From: Candidatus Bathyarchaeota archaeon
GTDB lineage: Archaea; Thermoproteota; Bathyarchaeia; Bathyarchaeales; Bathycorpusculaceae
Assembly (NCBI GenBank): GCA_963832745.1
Contig: CAWHVC010000003.1
Location: 512,001 to 576,000 of the forward strand
DNA: 64,000 nucleotides
Reading direction: 5' to 3'
The position numbers and the translations under genes were made by a program. This document shows, piece by piece, positions 1 to 9,825 of this stretch. The notes beneath the pieces are model-generated. The model was not told where the DNA came from. It saw only the letters and a list, made by a program, of their open reading frames with translations, and did no database searches. Every line of letters begins with the position of its first letter. The stretch's first letter is position 1.

Positions 1-621
1 GGTCAACTTGCAACTTTACCTAATCATGAACTAGAAAAATTCCGAGAAATCGTTAACCGGTTCGTAGAGTTAAAAGATAACTCAGAATTAATGATGGCTT
101 TAGCCTACTCTGCTCTTCTGCTTAATAACCGGGAGCTAGCAGACGAAGTTGAACGTCTTGAAGAAAAGGTTGACCAGTTACATACTGAATTTGAGCTTTT
201 GGCATTGAAAAGTGACTTCAAAAAAGAAGAAGCTTCAGGTTTCCTTGGGTTAATCAGGCTGGGCGTAGCCACAGAAAAAATCGCTGATGCTGCAACTGAA
301 ATGGCCGAAGTTGTACTACGCGGCGTTGAACCTCACCCTGTACTAAAACTTACTATTGCTGAAGCTGAAGAGACAGTGACACAGGCCTGCGTTACAAACG
401 ATTCCATGTTGGTTGGTAAAACCCTGAAGGAAGCCCGTGTTCATGAACAAACTGGCATGTGGGTCTTAACTATTAGACGTGGAGAGAAATGTTTACGACC
501 GCGGGCTGATACGCAGATTCAGGTTGGAGATGTCTTGATTGCTTCAGGCTATGCTGACGGCGCTGATGACCTTAAAGTGCTAGCTTCTCCACAGATGGCT
601 TGCCAACTTGAAGAAGACTAA
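1..621 (+). CDS. PhoU-like + TrkA-C (RCK_C) domain protein, potassium-transport associated; 5' end truncated by the window
   Basis: Frame open from base 1 (GQLATLPNHELEKFREIVNRFVELKDNSELMMALAYSALL...). PhoU-type helical part, then RCK_C (LVGKTLKEARVHEQTGMWVLTIRRG...IQVGDVLIASG). Confidence 0.75.
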   Translation, partial: GQLATLPNHELEKFREIVNRFVELKDNSELMMALAYSALLLNNRELADEVERLEEKVDQLHTEFELLALKSDFKKEEASGFLGLIRLGVATEKIADAATEMAEVVLRGVEPHPVLKLTIAEAEETVTQACVTNDSMLVGKTLKEARVHEQTGMWVLTIRRGEKCLRPRADTQIQVGDVLIASGYADGADDLKVLASPQMACQLEED

Positions 622-705
622 TTTTTGCGTCTGTTATTTTTGGGACGCACAATATTTTTACTTTTAAGTTTGACACTTTAGAAAGTAAATTAGGAGATTA
701 CCTAT

Positions 706-1077
706 TTGTCGACGACTCTGCAAGAGACTGACCCTGCACTTGTCACCTCAACAGAATCCGAACCAAAAGCTTTGGATGCTGAAGAAGTTACAACGATAGC
801 TACAACCTTTCTGAAACGAATAGGTCACCGAGGCCCATTGAACCCTAAACGTGTCTCTGTAGAAGAAGACCTTTTCACTGTTGAAGTGGAAATGAAAAAG
901 TTTTCTGCAACAGTAAAAATCAGTGCTTTAAACCGTGAAATACGGGAGTACGATGTTCAACCTAAAAGCGAAGAAGCGCCATCCTCATTTTCGCCCAAAT
1001 TGATTATGACTGTAGTGATAGTGTCTGTGATTGTTTGTGTAGGTTTGTATTTCGGATTTAAAATGTTGGGTCTTTAA
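706..1077 (+). CDS. hypothetical protein with C-terminal transmembrane anchor
   Basis: TTG start after GGAG SD-like site; hydrophobic C-terminal helix LIMTVVIVSVIVCVGLYFGF. Confidence 0.6.
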   Translation: MSTTLQETDPALVTSTESEPKALDAEEVTTIATTFLKRIGHRGPLNPKRVSVEEDLFTVEVEMKKFSATVKISALNREIREYDVQPKSEEAPSSFSPKLIMTVVIVSVIVCVGLYFGFKMLGL

Positions 1078-1146
1078 CCTTTGAGAGCGTTAGATAAAAT
1101 AGAGTAAAAAAATTTTAGAATTAAAATGTTAAAAGAGAAAAGTTGA

Positions 1147-1464
1147 TTATTTCTTTTTCTTAGCGATTTCTTCTGGAGCAGTTTCTTCTTTCTTGTCCTC
1201 GATTTCTGTTGTGATTTCTTCGATTGGCTTTGGAGGGGGTGTAGTTGCCATTGTCCATCCGATCCATGCGCCTATGAACATTATTGCGACAAAGGCGATG
1301 AAAACTGGGACTGCGATTACCCAGAACTGGACGTTAGCGGTGCTGCCGAGTAATCCAATGGTGACTAGCCAATCAGGATAGAAGAGTGTAACAATGTAGA
1401 ATACAGCAACGAGAACACAAACGAGTAGTATTGCTCCACCTATAGCTTGATCTTTGCTTACCAT
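1147..1464 (-). CDS. small two-TM membrane protein with charged tail
   Basis: Two hydrophobic helices, WIGWTMATTPPPKPIEEI motif, GGTGA SD upstream. Confidence 0.7.
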   Translation of the reverse strand: MVSKDQAIGGAILLVCVLVAVFYIVTLFYPDWLVTIGLLGSTANVQFWVIAVPVFIAFVAIMFIGAWIGWTMATTPPPKPIEEITTEIEDKKEETAPEEIAKKKK

Positions 1465-1542
1465 TTAGTGATTCACCACTTTATAGCCATTGTAATAGCT
1501 TAATCCATTTAAAGTTTGTCATGAATTCAAGAGTAGTTCTGC

Positions 1543-2799
1543 TTAGGTTGTCCCCATCTCCCAAGTGGACAAATACTTTTTCTGTTCATCTGTCAACTCG
1601 TCAATGGTCACACCCATGCTTTTGAGTTTTAACTCAGCAACTTTTTCATCAAGTTCTTTTGGCACCGTGTAAACTTTAGTCTCCAATTTTGTACTTTTAG
1701 CAATATACTCTGAGCATAATGCTTGATTAGCAAATGACATGTCCATAACCTCTGATGGGTGGCCTTCTGCAGCTGCCAAGTTGACTAGTCTGCCTTCGGC
1801 AAGCAGGTAAAGGTGTCTGCCGTCTTTCAGAGTGTATTCTTCCATGTTTGGTCGCATCGTGCGTTTTGACTGTGTGAGTGATTCGAGATCTGGAATGTTG
1901 ATTTCAACATTAAAGTGACCACTGTTACACATAATGGCGCCGTCTTTCATTTTTTGCATGTGCTCTTTACGTAATACGCTTATGTCACCTGTGGCTGTAG
2001 CGAATATATCCCCGATAGGTGCTGCCTCAGACATTGGCATAACGCGGTAACCGTCCATAACTGCTTCTAGGGCACGGGTTGGTTGAACCTCTGTTACTAT
2101 CACGTTAGAGCCTAGACCTCGTGCACGCATAGCTATGCCTCTGCTACACCAGCCGTATCCGCCGACAACAAAGTTTTTACCTGCAAGCAACACTGACGTT
2201 GCACGTAGTATCCCGTCTATTGTGCTTTGGCCCGTTCCATAGCGGTTGTCAAAGAGGTATTTTGTGTATGCATCATTGACAGCTATGATTGGGTATTTTA
2301 GGCTGCCATCCTGTTCCATGGCTTTTAGTCGAACTACACCCGTAGAGGTTTCTTCGGTTCCGCCTTTGATGTCTTTTATTTGGTTTTGGCGTTTACTATG
2401 AAGCATGCCAACGACATCTGCGCCATCATCCATGGTTATGGTTGGCTTAAAATCAAGAACTTTATCGATGCATTTGTAGTAGTCTTCTGTGTTTTGTCCT
2501 CTCCAAGCGAAAACGTGAACGCCGCTGTCTGCTAAAGCTGCGGCTACATCATCTTGGGTGGAAAGTGGGTTAGAACCACATAAGGCAACGTTGGCGCCTC
2601 CTGCAATGAGAGTTTTGATTAAGACGGCGGTCTCTTTTGTTACGTGAAGGCAAGCCGCTAGGGTTTGTCCTTGTAACGGTTTTTCTTTTTCAAAGCGTTC
2701 TTTGATTATGTTAAGGACTGGCATGTGTTTTGATGCCCATTCAATTTGTAAATGGCCTTGTGCGGCTAATGATTTATCTTTTACTTGGAATTCTTCCAT
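1543..2799 (-). CDS. ahcY: adenosylhomocysteinase (SAH hydrolase)
   Basis: Motifs [57 protein letters not shown]. Start placed at the ATG of MEEFQVKD. Confidence 0.97.
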   Translation of the reverse strand: MEEFQVKDKSLAAQGHLQIEWASKHMPVLNIIKERFEKEKPLQGQTLAACLHVTKETAVLIKTLIAGGANVALCGSNPLSTQDDVAAALADSGVHVFAWRGQNTEDYYKCIDKVLDFKPTITMDDGADVVGMLHSKRQNQIKDIKGGTEETSTGVVRLKAMEQDGSLKYPIIAVNDAYTKYLFDNRYGTGQSTIDGILRATSVLLAGKNFVVGGYGWCSRGIAMRARGLGSNVIVTEVQPTRALEAVMDGYRVMPMSEAAPIGDIFATATGDISVLRKEHMQKMKDGAIMCNSGHFNVEINIPDLESLTQSKRTMRPNMEEYTLKDGRHLYLLAEGRLVNLAAAEGHPSEVMDMSFANQALCSEYIAKSTKLETKVYTVPKELDEKVAELKLKSMGVTIDELTDEQKKYLSTWEMGTT

Positions 2800-2935
2800 T
2801 AGGGTTTGCACCTTTGTTTATGGGTGATGCAGTTTACATATTTAGTTTTATCCCTTATACTAGGCCAAGTGGTTAGAGTCGGTTTTTTTGTTAAGATTTA
2901 AATGTTTAATCCCTATTTTTTGTTACAACTAACTG

Positions 2936-4048
2936 GTGACTGTTATGAGTGATGCTGCCGCTTTGAATCTTTCACATGATGCTGTTCTTCAGTACATGCG
3001 TTCTCTTTACGGAGAGAAAGTTGAGGTCCAACGAATTTGGCGTTTAGGTGAAACACCTGGAACTGCTGCTGACTTGAAAGGTTTCGGTTATGGTTACCCC
3101 TATGTTATAGAATTCAAGCACGAAGGCAAAACTCGACGAGTTGTTTTAGAGACAATGCGTCCTGGAGAGGGCTTCGGACATGACCATTTCTCTGACCGGG
3201 CTCAAGTTTTAATCTGGCAAAATTCAGCTTTCAATAAGCTGCCCAAACACGTGCATTCGGTTGATGCAGGCTGCTTTGAAGATACTGGCAAACTAGTTTC
3301 TGTTGGTAGAGGCAAAGAATACTTTATTTTAACAGAATTCATTGAGGGAAAACTTTACCATTTAGACCTTGATCGATTAAAAGAAACTGGCGCAATGAGC
3401 GAGCTTGACGAGAATCGGTGCGTAGCTCTTTCAGATTATCTTGCTGAAATCCATAAATCACGTCACAGTTCAGCTGGTCTGTATGTTAGACGAATTCGCG
3501 ACTTAGTTGGTCATGGTGAATGCATTATGGGCCTTCTTGATAGTTATCCTAAAGAATTCGCTTATGTTGATAAATCCTACTTTATCGATGTTGAGAAAGC
3601 CTGTGTAGAATGGCGCTGGAAACTAAAAGAACGCACTCACCGTCTAAGCCAAGTGCACGGCGATTTCCATCCATGGAACATTCTTTTCCGTGAAGGTGTC
3701 GACTTTACAGCGCTTGATCGCAGCCGTGGTGAATGGGGCGAACCAGCAGACGACATTGCAGCATTAACTATAAATTACCTCTTTTATTCTCTTCAAAAAT
3801 ATGGTGAACTGAGCGGCGTTTTTGACAGGCTGTTTAAGCTTTTCTGGGAAAACTATTTGCAGAAAACTCATGATTCAGAAGTGCTTGAAGTAATACAACC
3901 ATTCTATGCTTGGAGAAGCCTTGTTGTTGCTTCACCTATATGGTACCCCAACTTGAGCGTTGACGTCCGTGTTAAACTGTTGAACTTTGCACAAAATGTG
4001 CTGCGGCGTGACCGTTTCAATGTTATGGATGTAAACTCTTACTTCTAA
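2936..4048 (+). CDS. aminoglycoside phosphotransferase/choline kinase-like small-molecule kinase
   Basis: Brenner motif HGDFHPWNIL followed by LD and GEPADD. Confidence 0.8.
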   Translation: MTVMSDAAALNLSHDAVLQYMRSLYGEKVEVQRIWRLGETPGTAADLKGFGYGYPYVIEFKHEGKTRRVVLETMRPGEGFGHDHFSDRAQVLIWQNSAFNKLPKHVHSVDAGCFEDTGKLVSVGRGKEYFILTEFIEGKLYHLDLDRLKETGAMSELDENRCVALSDYLAEIHKSRHSSAGLYVRRIRDLVGHGECIMGLLDSYPKEFAYVDKSYFIDVEKACVEWRWKLKERTHRLSQVHGDFHPWNILFREGVDFTALDRSRGEWGEPADDIAALTINYLFYSLQKYGELSGVFDRLFKLFWENYLQKTHDSEVLEVIQPFYAWRSLVVASPIWYPNLSVDVRVKLLNFAQNVLRRDRFNVMDVNSYF

Positions 4049-4132
4049 TACTTCCTTTTTTTGACATATTACCGCTTAAACATGCAACATTATATACGTG
4101 TAGCCATAACTTGTTTTGGAGAGTATGCCTGA

Positions 4133-4246
4133 ATGGAAAACGATGTTGAATTGGCTCAGTTTTTGCGTGAAATGGGTTACTCAGAAGCTATTGTTGCAAA
4201 AATAATTGATTGGTACTTAAAAGACCACCCAGAAATTTCAACTTAA
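4133..4246 (+). CDS. 37-aa small protein (MENDVELAQFLREMGYSEAIVAKIIDWYLKDHPEIST)
   Basis: ATG 4133 to TAA 4246; GGAGAG SD-like at 4118-4123; TTATATA TATA-like at ~4090; T-run downstream. Below the ORF-track cutoff. Confidence 0.55.
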   Translation: MENDVELAQFLREMGYSEAIVAKIIDWYLKDHPEIST

Positions 4247-4344
4247 CAGTTTTTTAACCCGCTTAATATTTAACTTGAAACCTAAATAAACAGGTAAACT
4301 TAAACAAGGCTTAGTATTTACCCTTATCTAGTGGAAGGCAACAT

Positions 4345-4890
4345 ATGATTAAGACTTCTGGCTGGTGTATTTGGATAACTGGTCTTCCGGGAAGCGGCAA
4401 ATCCGTGGTTTCCCGAGCCCTAATAGAGCTTTTAAACAAAAAAGGCATTTCTGTTCAAATGTTATCATCTGATGAACTTCGCAAAACTTTAACTCCAAAA
4501 CCAACTTACAGCCTTGAAGAGCGAGACATCGTTTATGCCACCATGGTTTACATAGCTAAACTGCTCACGCAAAACGGCATCAACGTCCTAATCGATGCTA
4601 CTGGCAACCTTAGACGTTACCGCGATGATGCACGGGCACAATTGCCCCGTTTCATTGAAGCCTACATTGAATGTCCCTTTGACGTGTGCATGCGACGTGA
4701 AGCCGAACGAAAAGAAACCTACAATGCTCCAACACAAATTTATCAAAAAGCCCTGCAAAACAAGGCATCAAGCACCGTTCCAGGAGTCGGTCAACCCTAT
4801 GAAGAACCCTTAAACCCTGATGTGGTAGTGAAAAATTTTACGCTTACCCCTCAAGAGTCTGCACAACAAATTTTTGAGGCAATAAAATGA
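4345..4890 (+). CDS. adenylyl-sulfate kinase-like P-loop kinase
   Basis: WITGLPGSGKS P-loop and VPGVGQPYEEP C-terminal motif; canonical CysC LDGD and KGLY motifs altered. Confidence 0.75.
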   Translation: MIKTSGWCIWITGLPGSGKSVVSRALIELLNKKGISVQMLSSDELRKTLTPKPTYSLEERDIVYATMVYIAKLLTQNGINVLIDATGNLRRYRDDARAQLPRFIEAYIECPFDVCMRREAERKETYNAPTQIYQKALQNKASSTVPGVGQPYEEPLNPDVVVKNFTLTPQESAQQIFEAIK

Positions 4891-4898
4891 AAAAATAA

Positions 4899-5510
4899 TT
4901 ATTTTTTGATATAGTCAAGCACTGTCTTGGCTTGTTCAGCAGAAATTTTTCCGTTTTTCTGCAATGAAGTGACTACTTCTGACACTTTAGCTAAAGCATG
5001 TACAGTGTAGCCTGCTTTTTCTAAGTTTTCTTTGCCCCCTTGTTCCCGATCGACTATGACCAGTATGTGCTTAACTTCTGCTTCAAGTTCTAAAAGAGGT
5101 TTAATTCCCTCAATCTTTGACAACCCCTCGCTGACAACATCATCAACAAAAAGGATTTTGTCGCCTCTTTCCACGTCTGCGCCTGCTATTCTGCCGGTTA
5201 CTCCATAGGCTTTTTCTTCCTTGCGTACAATGACGCATGGCAAGTTGGTTTTGCAGGAGATACCTGGTACGATTAATGCGCCTTTTAGTTCAATTGAAGC
5301 AAGCTTGGTTAATGGGTTAGTGTTGCTGATTTCGCTGATTTTTTGGGATGCAATCTCCGCTATTATGCATAGTTCTTTAGGTTTTGAGAGCAGCTTTGCC
5401 ATGTCAATGTAATATGGACTTAACGCTCCTGATTTAATTTTGAACGAGCCAAATTTTATACATCTTGATTCATAGAGTGCATTTGCAACTTTGTCTATAG
5501 ATGAATCCAT
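4899..5510 (-). CDS. pyrE: orotate phosphoribosyltransferase
   Basis: FGSFKIKSGALSPYYID, RKEEKAYG, PRPP loop FVDDVVSEG, VDREQGG. Confidence 0.93.
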   Translation of the reverse strand: MDSSIDKVANALYESRCIKFGSFKIKSGALSPYYIDMAKLLSKPKELCIIAEIASQKISEISNTNPLTKLASIELKGALIVPGISCKTNLPCVIVRKEEKAYGVTGRIAGADVERGDKILFVDDVVSEGLSKIEGIKPLLELEAEVKHILVIVDREQGGKENLEKAGYTVHALAKVSEVVTSLQKNGKISAEQAKTVLDYIKK

Positions 5511-5782
5511 GTTTTTTCCCAACGACAAAAAATGGGAAATAGCAATTTAACCCTTTACTAACTAACACAATAATTATGAACCAAAAATATTAAAAAACCC
5601 GCGATTTTTTCTAGATTAAATTTTTGCAAACGATAATTTAGTTTTGTCTGGGGTTTTAATGGTAAGAGATAATTATGGGTTTGTCATTTGTTTTTACTTA
5701 GAGTTTTGCACTGTTTAAGTTTTTTAATGGTAACGTTTATAACTGTATTTTATATTTGCTAAAGGCGCGAAGCGGAAGTACA

Positions 5783-6796
5783 ATGGGACATCGAAAAGTT
5801 CATGCTCCAAGACATGGTTCACTAGCTTATTTACCTAGGAAACGGGCTAAAAGCCCAGTAGCCAGAATACGCTATTGGCCAGAAATTAAATCAGATTCTC
5901 CTAGGCTTTTAGGATTTGCAGCTTACAAAGCTGGTATGACATACATTTTCACAATTGAGGACAAGAAACGTTCACCTCATTTTGGAAAAGAAGTCATGAA
6001 AGCGGCATCTATACTAGAAACGCCGCCTATCCTGATTTGTGGCTTTAGAACATACATGAAAACACCATACGGAATGCAAAATATCAGTGAAGTCTGGATG
6101 AAAGAACCCCCAGCAATCCTTAACCGTGCATTGGTTCTGCCAGAAAGCTTTGATACAGAAGCAATGCTGGAAAAAGTCCAGAAAAACTTAGACCAAACAA
6201 TTGCAATCCGTGTAGTTACAGCTACTCAACCCTCACAAACAAGCCTTTCAAGAAAGAAACCTGATATCTCTGAAATCCAAATTGGTGGAGGTAATATCCA
6301 GCAACAATTTGACTATGTGAAACAGCTTTTAGGCAAAACAGTAACGCCTGAAGAAGTATTCAAAGATGGTCAATACGTTGACATTGCTGGCATTACAGTG
6401 GGTAAAGGCTATCAAGGTCCAGTAAAACGTTGGGGTGTAACCAAACTTCAACACAAAGGCCGTAAAACAAAGCGTGGCATTGCCACTTTAGGTCCATGGA
6501 ATCCACACCACCTCATGTACTCAGTTGCACGAGCTGGCCAGATGGGTTACCACCAACGCTTAGAATTTAATAAGCGTATAATGAAAATCGGCAAAGACGG
6601 CAAAGAAGTTACCGTTAAAGGCGGTTACATCCGTTACGGCGAAATCAAAGGACCATACATCATAATCGACGGTAGCGTTCCAGGACCAGAAAAACGTCAA
6701 TTACGTCTCCGTGTTCCTGCACGTCCACCAACTGAAGTCCCAGAAGCACCACCACAAGTAACATATATCTCACTAGAATCTCCACAAGGAAAGTAA
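5783..6796 (+). CDS. rpl3: 50S ribosomal protein L3
   Basis: MGHRKVHAPRHGSLAYLPRKRA, YKAGMT, GKGYQGPVKRWG, AGQMGYHQR. Confidence 0.98.
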   Translation: MGHRKVHAPRHGSLAYLPRKRAKSPVARIRYWPEIKSDSPRLLGFAAYKAGMTYIFTIEDKKRSPHFGKEVMKAASILETPPILICGFRTYMKTPYGMQNISEVWMKEPPAILNRALVLPESFDTEAMLEKVQKNLDQTIAIRVVTATQPSQTSLSRKKPDISEIQIGGGNIQQQFDYVKQLLGKTVTPEEVFKDGQYVDIAGITVGKGYQGPVKRWGVTKLQHKGRKTKRGIATLGPWNPHHLMYSVARAGQMGYHQRLEFNKRIMKIGKDGKEVTVKGGYIRYGEIKGPYIIIDGSVPGPEKRQLRLRVPARPPTEVPEAPPQVTYISLESPQGK

Positions 6797-6807
6797 GGTG
6801 AAACGTC

Positions 6808-7593
6808 ATGTCAGAAAAAACCGCAGAAGTCTTTGACCTACAAGGCAAAGCAACAGGAAAAATTACACTTCCAAGTGTCTTCTCTACGCCAGTAAGACCC
6901 GACGTGATTAAACGTGCAGTGTTGGCAATCCAATCAAACCGTCTCCAACCCCAAGGCAGAGACCCAATGGCTGGAAAACGCACAACCGCAGAATCACGCG
7001 GAACCGGCATGGGCATCGCAAGAGTCCCCCGCATAAAAGGTGGAAGCGGACGAGCATCATTTGCACCAAGCACTGTCGGCGGAAGACAACCACATCCACC
7101 AAAAGCAGAAAAGAAAATCGTTAAAAACATTCCAAGGAAAGAAGCTAAGCTTGCATTAACTTCCGCTATAGCAGCAACTGCTCAAAAAGAAGTTGTTGTT
7201 CTACGCGGTCACAAAGCAGAAAATGCTGTACAAATCCCCTTAATAGTTGATGACGCATTTGAAAACTTAACACGCGCAAAAGATGTTGAAGCAGCATTCA
7301 CCAGCTTAGGCATTGACAGTGACGTTACACGCGTACGTGACAGCCGTAGCGTCCGTGCAGGTAAAGGCAAACGCAGAGGTCGCAAAATGAAGCAAGCCAT
7401 TGGTCCACTCATTGTGGTTGTTGATGGCGTAAACTTGGTTGCAGCTGCAAGCAACATTCCAGGCGTTCAAGTAACAACCGTTTCAAAGCTAAACACTGAA
7501 ATGTTAGCTCCAGGAACACATCCAGGAAGATTAACAGTTTGGACAAACGGTGCCATTGAACAATTAAACACCCTTTACGGAGAAAACGCATAA
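6808..7593 (+). CDS. rpl4: 50S ribosomal protein L4
   Basis: RPDVIKRA, AESRGTGMGIARVPR, RAGKGKRRGR, LAPGTHPGRL. Confidence 0.98.
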   Translation: MSEKTAEVFDLQGKATGKITLPSVFSTPVRPDVIKRAVLAIQSNRLQPQGRDPMAGKRTTAESRGTGMGIARVPRIKGGSGRASFAPSTVGGRQPHPPKAEKKIVKNIPRKEAKLALTSAIAATAQKEVVVLRGHKAENAVQIPLIVDDAFENLTRAKDVEAAFTSLGIDSDVTRVRDSRSVRAGKGKRRGRKMKQAIGPLIVVVDGVNLVAAASNIPGVQVTTVSKLNTEMLAPGTHPGRLTVWTNGAIEQLNTLYGENA

Positions 7594-7853
7594 TGGACAA
7601 TAACGAAGTAATCTTTTATCCACTCATGACTGAATCAGCAAGCATCATGGTGGAAAAAGACAACAAACTACTCTTTGTCGTTAACTTGAAAGCTGGAAAA
7701 GCTGACATCAAGAAAGCTGTCGAAGAACTTTATGAAGTCAAAGTTAGCAAGGTTAACCTGCAAATTACCAGCCAAGGCTTAAAGAAAGCTTATGTAAGGC
7801 TTACTCCAGAATTCAGGGCATCAGACGTAGCAATCAAACTTGGAATACTCTAA
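7593..7853 (+). CDS. rpl23: 50S ribosomal protein L23
   Basis: YPLMTE, KADIKKAVEELYEVKV, KKAYVRL; TAATG coupling to rpl4. Confidence 0.97.
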   Translation: MDNNEVIFYPLMTESASIMVEKDNKLLFVVNLKAGKADIKKAVEELYEVKVSKVNLQITSQGLKKAYVRLTPEFRASDVAIKLGIL

Positions 7854-7875
7854 ACTATTATAGAAGGCATGACTT

Positions 7876-8619
7876 ATGGGAAAACGAATTCGTGTACAAC
7901 GGCGTGGACGCGGTGGACAAAACTTCCGGGCTTCAACTCACAAACGTGTTGCCCCAGCGAAGTATCCATTCGTGAAGTCACCCAAAGAAGTTTACGAAAT
8001 GGTCGTAACTGGCACAATTAATGAACTGGTTCATGACCCCGGACGCGGTTCACCACTTTCACAGATTACACTTGAAAACGGCTTAAGCTATTACAGTATT
8101 GTTCCAGAAGGCGTCTTCACTGGCCAGCAAATCAGCCTTGGCGGAAACGCTTCGGTTGACATCGGCAACATTATGCCTCTTGGAAAAATCACTGAAGGTA
8201 CCTTAGTGTGCGACCTTGAACTTCGTCCAGGTGATGGAGGAAAAATGGCTCGTTCATCAGGCGCTTATGCCACAGTTGTCGGTCACACACCACAAGGCAC
8301 AATGATCCGTCTGCCATCAGGCCGCACAAGATACATTGACGATCACTGCATGGCAACCATCGGTGTAGTCGCAGCTTCAGGTAGAATGGAAAAACCGTTC
8401 CTTAAAGCAGGCGAAAAATTCCACCTAATGAAAGCTAAAGGTCACAAGTATCCAAGAACTAGCGGTCGTAAAATGGTTCCAGCTGTTCACCCCTATGGTA
8501 GCAGCAAACGTAGCGCACGCAGAACAACAACAACTTCACACGGTGCACCTCCAGGACAGAAAGTCGGTTTAATCGCTGCAAGAGGACCAGGACAGAAAAA
8601 GAAACGCGCAATAAGATAA
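7876..8619 (+). CDS. rpl2: 50S ribosomal protein L2
   Basis: MGKRIRVQRRGRG, HDPGRG, PGDGGKMARSSG, PPGQKVGLIAAR. Confidence 0.98.
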   Translation: MGKRIRVQRRGRGGQNFRASTHKRVAPAKYPFVKSPKEVYEMVVTGTINELVHDPGRGSPLSQITLENGLSYYSIVPEGVFTGQQISLGGNASVDIGNIMPLGKITEGTLVCDLELRPGDGGKMARSSGAYATVVGHTPQGTMIRLPSGRTRYIDDHCMATIGVVAASGRMEKPFLKAGEKFHLMKAKGHKYPRTSGRKMVPAVHPYGSSKRSARRTTTTSHGAPPGQKVGLIAARGPGQKKKRAIR

Positions 8620-8642
8620 AAAAATAAAGGTAAGAATGAAAA

Positions 8643-9050
8643 ATGCCATTAAAAGAATTTAGCTACCGTGGACACAGCCTTCAAAGCCTTGAAGGAATGT
8701 CTATGGATGAATTCATTAACTTGCTTCCGTCAAGACAAAGAAGAAGCTTACAACGCGGCTTAACACCAGAACAACGCATATTGCTAGAAAAACTACGTGT
8801 CGCAAAAGAAGAGCAAAAACAAGGCAAAGAAGTAAACCTCAAAACACATGTACGCGACTTAATCATACTCCCAGAAATGGTGGGTGCAAAAGTCCAAGTA
8901 CACAACGGCAAAGAATTCGTCGCATTCGAAATAAAGCCAGACATGATCGGTCACTATCTTGGCGAGTTCGCTATAACCAACAAACCGGTTAGACACGGAA
9001 CTCCAGGTATCGGTGCATCACGATCATCAATGTATGTGCCGCTAAAGTAA
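8643..9050 (+). CDS. rps19: 30S ribosomal protein S19
   Basis: [42 protein letters not shown]. Confidence 0.98.
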   Translation: MPLKEFSYRGHSLQSLEGMSMDEFINLLPSRQRRSLQRGLTPEQRILLEKLRVAKEEQKQGKEVNLKTHVRDLIILPEMVGAKVQVHNGKEFVAFEIKPDMIGHYLGEFAITNKPVRHGTPGIGASRSSMYVPLK

Positions 9051-9062
9051 GCAGCCCCCAAA

Positions 9063-9094
9063 TCTTTTCTTATTTTTTACTTTTTTCTTGTTTT
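9063..9094 (+). terminator. archaeal oligo-T terminator after rps19
   Basis: Several T-tracts immediately after the stop codon. Confidence 0.55.
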
Positions 9095-9249
9095 CGCTAT
9101 CTTGTTTGTTTTGTTGATGCTTCTGTATACAGGTCCCAGTTTTCCATCAATTTAGCACTGTTTTTTTAACATGCTAAGGCTTGTTTCTGTGTCTTTACTA
9201 CCTGGGCTCCTTAGTGTTTTGCGGCTTTTAGAAGTTTTTAGGCTGGTTT

Positions 9250-9310
9250 TGACCTACCCTTATAGGTTTCTTCATGCTATTTCTATTAGGATCCAAATAG
9301 GTTGGTAGCA
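9250..9310 (-). repeat. dispersed CCTATTTGG...AACCTATA...TAGGTCA element, copy A
   Basis: Reverse complement aligns with 21846-21906 and 53051-53120. Confidence 0.7.
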
Positions 9311-9373
9311 TCATCGTTTTATTGTGGATTTGCATAACCTTCTTTTAATGCCTAAACCTTTAGGTGATTAAGC

Positions 9374-9817
9374 TTGGACTCGCAGGATGAACTTAACGCC
9401 AGCACCTTTCAAACCTACGTGTATCTAGTCAGAATTGGCAGGCCAGTTGGTCCACGTGATGTGATGCGAGGTGCCAACTTGAGCAGCCCCAGCGTAGCTT
9501 ACCGCAACCTGCAAAAACTCATGGATTATGGCTTAATTGTCAAAGACGCATATGGAAATTATGTTGTTAAGGAGAAAGTTGGCTTAAAAGGTCATGTTTG
9601 GATTGGAAAAGCGCTTGTTCCACGTTATTTAGTGTTTGGACTAATTTTTGTAGGGGTTTTGATTGCTGAAATGGTGATTCTGCTGCCACACCTGCTTGTT
9701 GGCGCTTCAGTGGAAGGCGGGTTTTGGCTTATGATACTCTTAACCATTATTACGGCTGCCATTTTTTTAACTGACGGCTTGAATTACAGGAAAAAACCCA
9801 AACAACCAGCACAATAA
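9374..9817 (+). CDS. membrane-anchored winged-helix protein (wHTH + 2 TM)
   Basis: VGPRDVMRGANLSSPSVAYRNLQKLMDYGLIVKD wHTH followed by two hydrophobic helices; GGTGAT SD upstream. Confidence 0.8.
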   Translation: MDSQDELNASTFQTYVYLVRIGRPVGPRDVMRGANLSSPSVAYRNLQKLMDYGLIVKDAYGNYVVKEKVGLKGHVWIGKALVPRYLVFGLIFVGVLIAEMVILLPHLLVGASVEGGFWLMILLTIITAAIFLTDGLNYRKKPKQPAQ

Positions 9818-9825
9818 ACGTAAAA

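Noticed and set aside
2800-2940. SAM/SAH riboswitch upstream of ahcY
   Set aside because: Short AT-rich divergent promoter with no recognisable aptamer
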